Below, one piece after another: positions 34,701 through 46,700 of a stretch of DNA of 64,000 nucleotides (the first letter of the stretch is position 1; every line of letters starts with the position of its first letter). The position numbers and the translations under genes were made by a program. This DNA is from Macrostomum lignano (taxonomy: Eukaryota): the NCBI GenBank assembly GCA_002269645.1, contig NIVC01000224.1, positions 348,781 through 412,780 of the forward strand. The letters run 5' to 3'. The notes under the pieces were generated by a model. That model was given only the letters and a program-made list of their open reading frames with translations. It searched no databases and was not told where the DNA came from.

Positions 34701-37700
34701 ATAACTATATTTCTAAGAAACTATAGAACCTTATCTCCGAAATAACTATATTTCTAAGAAACTATAGAACCTTATCTCCGAAATAACTATATTTCTAAGA
34801 AACTCTACAACCTTATCTCTGAAATAATTATATTTCTAAAAAACTATAGAACCTTATTTCTGAAATAACTATATTTCTAAGAAACTCTAAGAACCTTATC
34901 TCCGAAATAACTTTATTTCTAAGAAACTCTAGAACCTTATCTCTGAAATAACTATATTTCTAAGAAACTCTAGAACCTTTCTGAAATAACTATATTTCTA
35001 AGAAGCTCTAGAACCTTATCTCTGAAATAACTATATTTCTAAGAAACTATAAAACCTTATATCTGAAATAACTATATTTCTAAGAAATTATAGAACCTTA
35101 TCTCCGAAATAACTATATTTCTAAGAAGCTCTAGAACCTTATATCTGAAATAACTATATTTCTAAGAAACTATAGAACCTTATCTCTGAAATAACTATAT
35201 TTCTAAGAAACTATAGAACCTTATCTCTGAAATAACTATATTTCTAAGAAACTCTAGAACCTTTCTGAAATAACTATATTTCTAAGAAGCTCTAGAACCT
35301 TATCTCCGAAATAACTATATTTCTAAGAAACTCTACAACCTTATCTCCGAAATAACTATATTTCTAAGAAACTATAGAACCTTATCTCCGAAATAACTAT
35401 ATTTCTAAGAAACTCTAGAACCTTTCTGAAATAACTATATTTCTAAGAAACTATAGAACCTTATCTCCGAAATAACTATATTTCTAAGAAACTCTACAAT
35501 CTTATCTCCGAAATAACTATATTTCTAAGAAACTATAGAACCTTATCTCTGAAATAACTATATTTCTAAGAAACTCTACAACCTTATCTCCGAAATAACT
35601 ATATTTCTAAGGAACTCTAGAACCTTTCTGAAATAACTATATTTCTAAGAAGCTCTAGAACCTTATCTCCGAAATAACTATATTTCTAAGAAACTCTACA
35701 ACCTTATCTCTGAAATAACTATATTTCTAAGAAACTCTACAACCTTATCTCCGAAATAACTATATTTCTAAGAAACTATAGAACCTTATCTCTGAAATAA
35801 CTATATTTCTAAGAAACTCTACAACCTTATCTCTGAAATAACTATATTTCTAAGAAACTATAGAACCTTATCTCGAAATAACTATATTTCTAAGAAACTC
35901 TACAACCTTATCTCTGAAATAACTATATTTCTAAGAAACTATAGAACCTTATCTCTGAAATAACTATATTTCTAAGAAACTCTACAACCTTATCTCTGAA
36001 ATAACTATATTTCTAAGAAACTCTACAACCTTATCTCTGAAATAACTATATTTCTAAGAAACTCTACAACCTTATCTCTGAAATAACTATATTTCTAAGA
36101 AACTCTACAACCTTTCTGAAATAACTATATTTCTAAGAAACTCTACAACCTTTCTGAAATAACTATATTTCTAAGAAACTCTACAACCTTTCTGAAATAA
36201 CTATATTTCTAAGAAACTCTACAACCTTATCTCCGAAATAACTATATTTCTAAGAAACTATAGAACCTTATCTCTGAAATAACTATATTTCTAAGAAACT
36301 CTACAACCTTTCTGAAATAACTATATTTCTAAGGAACTCTAGAACCTTTCTGAAATAACTATATTTCTAAGAAGCTCTAGAACCTTATCTCCGAAATAAC
36401 TATATTTCTAAGAAACTCTACAACCTTATCTCTGAAATAACTATATTTCTAAGAAACTATAGAACCTTATCTCTGAAATAACTATATTTCTAAGAAACTC
36501 TACAACCTTATCTCCGAAATAACTATATTTCTAAGAAACTATAGAACCTTATCTCTGAAATAACTATATTTCTAAGAAACTCTACAACCTTATCTCCGAA
36601 AAACTATATTTCTAAGAAACTATAGAACCTTATCTCTGAAATAACTATATTTCTAAGAAACTCTACAACCTTATCTCCGAAATAACTATATTTCTAAGAA
36701 ACTATAGTACCTTATCTCTGAAATAACTATATTTCTAAGAAACTCTACAACCTTATCTCCGAAATAACTATATTTCTAAGAAACTATAGAACCTTATCTC
36801 TGAAATAACTATATTTCTAAGAAACTCTACAACCTTATCTCCGAAATAACTATATTTCTAAGAAACTATAGAACCTTATCTCTGAAATAACTATATTTCT
36901 AAGAAACTCTACAACCTTATCTCCGAAATAACTATATTTCTAAGAAACTATAGAACCTTATCTCTGAAATAACTATATTTCTAAGAAACTCTACAACCTT
37001 ATCTCCGAAATAACTATATTTCTAAGAAACTATAGAACCTTATCTCTGAAATAACTATATTTCTAAGAAACTATAGAACCTTATCTCCGAAATAACTATA
37101 TTTCTAAGGAACTTCCGAAAGTTACTGTATCTTTACAAAAACTCCCCGAGTGATATTTTCTAAATTTCTGGTAAAGTGTGTTAAAAATCACCTTATTATC
37201 GTTAACAATACCTAGTGTGCATGTTTCAACCTACACAGGTGCTAGACGCTGTTCAACAGCTGGGCCCCAACGCTGAAGAGTATCTGCACGTCCTGGTGCC
37301 CGCCATAGTGAAAATTGTAGTCTCAGATCACACGCCATTGAGCATTAAGACAACGGCGGTTGAGACTCTGTCCATACTGAATCACAACTTCGATCTGGGA
37401 CCCTACGCTAGTAGAATCGTATTGCCAACATTGAAAATGGTTCAGAAAGTTGCCGTACAACCTGCTACGCAAGATCAGCGCGATCTGCTCACCGCAGTTA
37501 TGGATTTATTCTCCTCAATGTTCCTACAATTAGGCACCAAATTTATGACATTTTATCCCATTGTGGATAGAGTTATTCGGCGCTGCAAAATTCAACAGCA
37601 TCAACGCTTTGATTTGATTGCTAATAAGGTAAATACATTGCCTTACGAGTATTACATAGGAATATTTTTATCCTAATACAAATCCCTTGTAGCCCTATAA

Positions 37701-40700
37701 TAATCCCCCCTCCAAGCTGCATTCAAAATCGCCATATAACAATCCCACCCAAAGGCCCTTCGAAAATCGCATTAATAATAATTCCCCCCGTAAGCCAAAA
37801 AAATCGCTCTAATGATAATTCCCCTGTAAGCCTCACTTTAAATCGCTTTATGATAATTCCCCTGTAAGCCTCACTTAAAATCGCTCTATGATAATTCCCC
37901 TGTAAGCCTCACTTTAAATCGCTCTATGATAATTCCCCTGTAAGCCTCACTTTAAATCGCTCTATGATAATTCCCCTGTAAGCCTCACTTTAAATCGCTC
38001 TATGATAATTCCCCTGTAAGCCTCACTTTAAATCGCTCTATGATAATTCCCCTGTAAGCCTCACTTTAAATCGCTCTATGATAATTCCCCTGTAAGCCTC
38101 ACTTTAAATCGCTCTATGATAATTCCCCTGTAAGCCTCACTTTAAATCGCTCTATGATAATTCCCCTGTAAGCCTCACTTTAAATCGCTCTATGATAATT
38201 CCCCTGTAAGCCTCACTTTAAATCGCTCTATGATAATTCCCCTGTAAGCCTCACTTAAAATCGCTCTATGATAATTCCCCTGTAAGCCTCACTTTAAATC
38301 GCTCTATGATAATTCCCCTGTAAGCCTCACTTTAAATCGCCCTATAATAATCCCCCCAAACCTCAATAAAAACTTCCCTATAATAATTCCCTCCCAAGCC
38401 TCACTAAAAGTTACCCTATAATTATTTTTCCCCTCAAGCCTCATTGAAAATCGCCCCATAACTACCACCCAAAGCCCCAATAAAAATCGCCCAATAAAAA
38501 TCTCCCCAAGCCTCAATAAAAATTCTTATAATAATCTTCCTCAAGCCTCATTGAAAATCGCCCTATAAATTCCCCTCAAGTCTCAATAAAACTCGTACTA
38601 TAATAATTCCTAAGCTTTATTGATAATGCAGAGCTTATTTAATTTCCAAGGAATTTCGACTATGCAATCAAAGCTCCAGAATTTAATAAAATTTATTAAA
38701 ACTCTCAACCGCCATCTCCAGGTGTCAAAAAACACGGTGCTGAGCGACTTCTTTGCCAGCGACCCGGCTCTACTCCGAGTCACAGAGATTGGCGGCCGTC
38801 TGTCCTCAGCATCCACTGGCGGCCGGCTTCATCATTCGACAAGTCGGCGACGGGACAAGCTGGTCGGTAGCGCCGCTAATGCCGCCGGTGCAGCGGCTTC
38901 GTCGACAGCCAACGCCGCGGCCGTCAGCGCCCAGCAGAATCAGAAACTGCAATCTTTGGTGCTGCAACGATCGTGGCAGATTTCTTCGGTAGTGTCTAAA
39001 GACGATTGGCATCAGTGGTTGAGAAATCTAACGGAGACGCTGATTAGGGAGAGTCCGTCTGTTAGCATCAGGGCTTGCAGGCTGCTAGCACAGGCCAATC
39101 CCGCTATTGGTAAGGCTATTTATAGTATTTTTTATCATGAGCTATTATCTTTTGGGAGGTTAAAATTTCTTATTTATTGCTTTCTGGGAAAGAGATTCCT
39201 AAAGCCCGAGTTTCAAAGCCTCAAAATTTGATTTTCTAGGCTTACAGTATCTGAGGAGGAACATTTCCAAAGCTTCTAAAGTCTGGAAGAGGTGAGATTT
39301 CTGAAGCTTCAGTATCTAAGGAGTGAGATTTCCTAAGCTTTAGTCTCGGAGAGGTGAGATTTCCCAAAGCTTCAATATCTAAGGGGTGAGGTTTCCTTAG
39401 CTTCCGTATCTGAGCGGTGAGATGTCCTTAGCTTCCGTATCTGAGGGGTGAGATTTCCAAAGCTTTAATCTCAGAGAAGTGAGATTTCCTTAGCTTCCGT
39501 ATCTGAGGAGTGAGATTTCCTTAGCTTCCGTATCTGAGGAGTGAGATTTCCCAAGCTTCCGTATCTGAGAGGTGAGATTTCCTAAGCTTCCGTATCTGAG
39601 AGGTGAGATTTCCTTAGCTTCCGTATCTGAGGAGTGAGATTTCCCAAGCTTCCGTATCTGAGAGGTGAGATTTCCTAAGCTTCCGTATCTGAGAGGTGAG
39701 ATTTCCTAAGCTTCCGTATCTGAGAGGTGAGATTTCCTTAGCTTCCGTATCTGAGGAGTGAGATTTCCTTAGCTTCCGTATCTGAGGAGTGAGATTTCCT
39801 AAAGCCTCATTATCCAAGGAGTGAGATTTCCTAAAGCTTCACTATCTGAGGAGTGAGATTACCTAAAGCTTCATTAGTTAAGGGGGTGAGATTTTTTAAG
39901 CTTCAGTATCTGATTTAAGATTTCCTTAAGTTTCATTATATGAGGGGTGAGATTTCCTAAGCCTCATTATCTGGGGGGTGAGATTTCCAAGAATAAACTA
40001 TATGTTTAGTCCCGCAACGCAACGCACAGGCAAGCAACTATTCAACGCGGCATTCGTGAGCTGCTGGAGCGAACTACCCGACAGCCTTCAAGACGAACTC
40101 ATCCAAGTGCTCGAACAGGCTCTCAGCGCCTCTAAAGATGTACCAGAGATCTCCCAGACAATTTTAAACCTGTCCGAATTCATGGACCACCGGGACAGCT
40201 CGCCACTGCCGTTGAGCGTGAAACTTCTAGCCGATAAAGCTATCAAGACCAGGGTGTACGCCAAGGCGCTCTATTACAAGGAGACAGAATTTCGCGACTG
40301 CGTACAGTCGAAATTCGATCCGTCTAATTATAGCGACATCCTAGAGAGTCTAATTAGCATTAATAATAAACTGGGCATGGTGGAGTCCGCCGAAGGCGTG
40401 CTGCAGAATGCCGCCTCGTATTTTAAAGACGGCCTGCGGAATCAGGAGTTCTGGTTTGAGAAGCTGCAGGATTGGACTAAAGCTCTGATGCTCTACGAGA
40501 GAAACATTGATCAGCATCCCAATACTGCTAAACTGGTGAGCGGAAGTCGCTTTCTTGTGCTTAATAACTTACTTCTTCGTTGGATTAATTTGTTTGGAGC
40601 TGAGCATTTGATAGTGATGAAGCGGAGCATTGGATAGTGATGAAGCTGAGCATTGGATAGTGATGAAGCTGAGCATTGGATAGTGATGAAGCTGAGCATT

Positions 40701-43700
40701 GGATAGTGATGAAGCTGAGCATTGGATAGTGATGAAGCTGAGCATTGGATAGTGATGAAGCTGAGCATTGGATAGTGATGAAGCTGAGCATTTGATAGTG
40801 ATGAAGCTGAGCATTTGATAGTGATGAAGCTGAGCATTGGATAGTGATGAAGCTGAGCATTGGATAGTGATGAAGCTGAGCATTAGATAGTGATGAAGCT
40901 GAGCATTGGATAGTGATGAAGTGAAGCTGAGCATTGGATAGTGATGAAGCTGAGCATTGGATAGTGATGAAGCTGAGCATTGGATAGTGATGAAGCTGAG
41001 CATTGGATAGTGATGAAGCTGAGCATTGGATAGTGATGAAGCTGAGCATTGGATAGTGATGATGCTGAGCATTGGATAGTGATGAAGCTGAGCATTGGAT
41101 AGTGATGAAGCTGAGCATTGGATAGTGATGAAGCTGAGCATTGGAGAGTGATGAAGCTGAGCATTGGATAGTGATGAAGCTGAGCATTTGATAGTGATGA
41201 AGCTGAGCATTGGATAGTGATGAAGCTGAGCATTGGATAGTGATGAAGCTGAGCATTTGATAGTGATGAAGCTGAGCATTGGATAGTGATGAAGCTGAGC
41301 ATTGGAGAGTGATGAAGCTGAGCATTGGAGAGTGATGAAGCTGAGCATTTGATAGTGATGAAGCTGAGCATTGGATAGTGATGAAGCTGAGCATTGGATA
41401 GTGATGAAGCTGAGCATTGGATAGTGATGAAGCTGAGCATTGGATAGTGATGATGCTGAGCATTTGATAGTGATGAAGCTGAGCATTTGATAGTGATGAA
41501 GCTGAGCATTGGATAGTGATGAAGCTGAGCATTGGATAGTGATGAAGCTGAGCATTTGATAGTGATGAAGCTGAGCATTGGATAGTGATGAAGCTGAGCA
41601 TTGGATAGTGATGAAGCTGAGCATTGGATAGTGATGAAGCTGAGCATTGGATAGTGATGAAGCTGAGCATTGGATAGTGATGAAGCTGAGCATTGGATAG
41701 TGATGAAGCTGAGCATTGATAGTGATGAAGCTGAGCATTGGATAGTGATGAAGCTGAGCATTGGATAGTGATGAAGCTGAGCATTGGATAGTGATGAAGC
41801 TGAGCATTTGATAGTGATGAAGCTGAGCATTGGATAGTGATGAAGCTGAGCATTGGATAGTGATGAAGCTGAGCATTGGAGAGTGATGAAGCTGAGCATT
41901 TGATAGTGATGAAGCTGAGCATTGGATTGTGATGAAGCTGAGCATTAGATAGTGATGAAGCTGAGCATTACAGTAAATTATTGATTCGTTCCCCCACCCA
42001 ACCCTCAAATTAAGGTGGTCGGCCGTCTCCGCTGCCTGGAGGCGCTGGGCGAATGGACAGAATTGGAGGCCACAGCCACGGAGAAGTGGAGCTTCCTATG
42101 CGAGAACACGGACCAAGAGCGGGACAAAGTGGCCGCTATGGCTATCAATGCCTGCTGGTCCAATCGATCCTGGGACAAGCTGTGCAGTTTCCTAAAATTT
42201 TTACCCAAAGATTCTTACGACGCCAATTTTTTCAACGCCGTCTACGCCATTCATCTGGGCGTGTTTGATGAGGCGCGCTGTTTCCTAGATCGCAGTCGCG
42301 ACATTCTAGACGCTGATATTGCCAATGCCGCCAGCGATAGCTACATGCGATCTTATAGTATCTGCGTGTCTGCCCAGACTCTTACTGAACTTGAAGAGGT
42401 CATGGAGTACAGATTAGAGACTGATAGGCGACCGCTGATCAGGGAGTGTTGGTCTAAGCGATTGGAGAGCTGCGATAAACAGGTTGAAGATTGGTGGCGA
42501 TTGCTGCAGGTAAGTCTGAGGCGGAGTCGAGTCCTAGTAGTCTTTGTAGCTGAGTTATCATCGCCTAAGTCTCAGTAGTAAGTAGTTATCACTACCAGCA
42601 AATCTCGATAGTCTGTAGCTAAGCTATCACTACCATTAAATCCTGTGGTCTTTGTAGCTGAGCTATCAGTACCAGTAAGTTCTAGTGGTCTTTGTAGCTG
42701 AGCTATCACTACCATTAAATCCTAGTGGTCTTTGTAGCTGAGCTATCACTACCATTAAATCCTAGTGGTCTTTGTAGCTGAGCTATCACTACCATTAAGT
42801 TCTAGTGGTCTTTGTAGCTGAGCTATCACTACCATTAAATCCTGTGGTCTTTGTAGCTGAGCTATCAGTACCAGTAAGTTCTAGTGGTCTTTGTAGCTGA
42901 GCTATCACTACCATTAAATCCTAGTGGTCTTTGTAGCTGAGCTATCACTACCATTAAATCCTAGTGGTCTTTGTAGCTGAGCTATCACTACCATTAAGTT
43001 CTAGTGGTCTTTGTAGCTGAGCTATCACTACCATTAAGTTCTAGTGGTCTTTGTAGCTAAGCTATCACTACCATTAAGTCCCAGTGGTCTTTGTAGCTAA
43101 GCTATCACTACCATTAAGTCCCAGTAGTCTTTGTAGCTGAGCTTGTCACTTAACAAGCACGGCAATCATGACCTGGTCTATGTATCTTAAAGTAAAAAAA
43201 CACTACACCCTGGGGTCTTTGTAACTTATACGTCAAAGTTTCTAAGTATATAACCAGTATATATCTGTGTAAATCGCATATTATATTATCTTTATATTAA
43301 TCATCGCAGTGTTCTCATAATGCTTATCCCTAGGTTCGCTCTCTGGTACTCAATCCCGTCGAGCAGATGCACGACTACCTCAAATTTGCCAGCCTCTGTC
43401 GGAAAAACAGTCGCACCAGCTTCTCTCTGCGCGTCATCGCCAGCTTGATGGGATTTAATCCCGCCGCGCCGGGGGCCAAGCCGTTGGCTCCGGCTATGGC
43501 CGAGGTAAACAGTCTCTGTGCTGCTGTATATCTTGATTACGGTTGGGGATTAGTGAGGTGGATTGCTAGCATATAACCTATGCATGGATTAAGCAATAGA
43601 ATGGATTGCTAATCTATAGCTCTATACATGAATTAAAGAATAGAATAGATTTCTAATCTATAGCTCTATACATGGATTAAAGAATAGAATGGATTGCTAA

Positions 43701-46700
43701 TCCATAGCTCTATACATGAATTAAAGAATAGAATAGATTTCTAATCTATAGCTCTATACATGAATTAAAGAATAGAATAGATTGCTAATCTATAGCTCTA
43801 TACATGAATTAAAGAATAGAATGGATTGCTAATCCATAGCTCTATACATGAATTAAAGAATAGAATAGATTTCTAATCTATAGCTCTATACATGGATTAA
43901 AGAATAGAATGGATTGCTAATCCATAGCTCTATACATGAATTAAAGAATAGAATAGATTTCTAATCTATAGCTCTATACATGGATTAAAGAATAGAATGG
44001 ATTGCTAATCTATAGCTCTATACATGAATTAAAGAATAGAATAGATTGCTAATCTATAGCTCTATACATGAATTAAAGAATAGAATGGATTGCTAATCTA
44101 TAGCTCTATACATGAATTAAAGAATAGAATAGATTGCTAATCTATAGCTCTATACATGAATTAAAGAATAGAATGGATTGCTAATCTATAGCTCTATACA
44201 TGAATTAAAGAATAGAATGGATTGCTAATCTATAGCTCTATACATGAATTAAAGAATAGAATGGATTGCTAATCTATAGCTCTATACATGAATTAAAGAA
44301 TAGAATGGATTGCTAATCTATAGCTCTATACATGAATTAAAGAATAGAATGGATTGCTAATCTATAGCTCTATACATGAATTAAAGAATAGAATGGATTG
44401 CTAATCTATAGCTCTATACATGAATTAAAGAATAGAATGGATTGCTAATCTATAGCTCTATACATGAATTAAAGAATAGAATAGATTGCTAATCTATAGC
44501 TCTATACATGAATTAAAGAATAGAATGGATTGCTAATCCATAGCTCTATACATGGATTAAAGAATAGAATGGATTGCTAATCCATAGCTCTATACACGAA
44601 TTAAAGAATAGAATGGATTGCTAATCCATAGCTCTATACATGAATTAAAGAATAGAATGGATTGCTAATCTATAGCCTACATGTATTAAAAAGAGTATAA
44701 TGGATTATTGCTAATCTACAGTCTACATGGATTAACAAATAGAATAGATTGCTAATCTATTATGCCTACTTGGATTAAGGAATAGAATGGATTGCTAATC
44801 TACCCTCTATCCCACAGGTAAGCCTAGCCTACGCCAAGCACCTGTGGTTCTCCGGCCAGAAAGCGGAAGCAACCAACCGGCTTACGCAGCTCATCCGGCA
44901 GCTGGTGGCCCATCAAGACTCCGCTGGCCAAAGCGGCGGCAGCATGACGGCCAATTCGCCGCCAACCGTAGGCGAACGCCGCCTGTTAGCCAAATCCTTT
45001 CTTAAGCTGGCCAATTGGTATTTGGAGACTCGAGTGCCCGACGCTGCCCTTGGTGGCGGCGCGGCAGGCAGCGGCGGCGGTCAGCAACAGTCGGCGCTTA
45101 ACAGCGACGATGATCAGATCTTCTCCTGCCTGCCGCCGGAGCAATGGCGCGGCGGCCTGGTGCAGCCTAGCAGCCCTATTGTGGCCGACAGCCCCTACCT
45201 GTACTGCATGCACCGCTGTCTCGGTCTGGTCTCCGCCGCTACTGATCGGGACGCTGAATTGCGCAAGGCGTGGGCTCGATTCGGCCTGATGAGCTACGAG
45301 AGTTTGTTGCACCTGAAAACTGAGGTTCGCTTGCCTTGTAATGTGTTTTGTTGTTCAACTAGCCGATATGTATCGAATAGCCAATTGCCGATATGTATCA
45401 TAAATAGCTGATATGTATCGAATAGCCGATATGTATCGAACAGCCGATATGTATCGAATAGCCGATATGTATCGAATAGCCGATATGTATCGAATAGCCA
45501 ATTGCCGATATGTATCATAAATAACTGATATGTATCGAATAGCCGATACGTATCGAATAGCCGATATTTATTGAATAGCCGATATGTATTAAATAACCCA
45601 TGTGTATTAAATTGCCGATTGGTATTAAATAAACCATGTGTATTGAATAGCCGATATGTATCATAAATAGCTGATATGTATCGAATAGCCGATACGTATC
45701 GAATAGCCGATATTTATTGAATAGCCGATTTGTATTAAATAAACCATGTGTATTGAATAGCCGATATGTATCGCAAATGCTTAATATGTATCGTATGGCC
45801 GAGATGTATCGCACATGCTTGATATGTATCAAATAGCCGATATGTATCGAACAGCCGATATGTATCAAATTTCCAAAATGTATCATAAATAGGCGATATA
45901 TATATCGCAAATAGCCGACATGTATCGAAGAACTAATATGTATCTTAGAAGCAGGTACCTAATACAAATAGCCGATATGTATCGAAAGTTCACTTCCAAA
46001 TCAGGTTGTTAAAAATTCTGTTGGCTTTTCACAAACTCCGCACAGATCCGACCCGAACCGGAAGCTCGAACCGATTATCACCGCCTTGTTGCCGCCTACT
46101 CGCTCAACGCTGTACGCGGCTTCGTTAAATCGCTCTGTCTGTGCACCGGCAACAGTCTGCAGGACAGTCTCCGCCTCATCAATTTATTATTCGAGTTCGG
46201 CGCCGAAGACCAAATAGTTCAGGCTGTCAATGATGGACTGCACAGAATCCGATTGGAGAACTGGCTGCTGGTGATTCAGCAGATGCTGGCTAGGATTGAC
46301 TCGCCTAGGGACATGGTCAATGCTGAGATTGTCAACATCCTGGTGGAGGTCGGCAAGGCCCATCCGCAGGTGAGCTCTTAGTGTCTGTCTTAGTGCCTGT
46401 CTTAGTGTCTGTCTTAGTGCCTGTCTTAGTGTCTTTCTTAGTGTCTGTCTTAATGCCTGTCTTAGTGTCTGTCTTAGTGCCTGTCTTAGTGTCTTTCTTA
46501 GTGCCTGTCTTAGTTCCTGTCTTAGTGTCTGTCTGTCTTAGTGTCTGTCTTAGAGTCTGTCTGTCTTAGTTTCTTCTTGGAGTCTGTCTGTCTTAGTGTC
46601 TGTCTTGGAGTCTGTCTGTCTTAGTGCCTGTCTTAGTGTCTATCTTAGTGCCTGTCTTAGTGTCTATCTTAGTGCCTGTCTTAGTGTCTATCTTAGTGCC

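Noticed and set aside
40511-42008. 479/445/338-aa His-rich minus-strand ORFs
   Set aside because: Three-frame read-through of the 23-bp satellite, not a gene.
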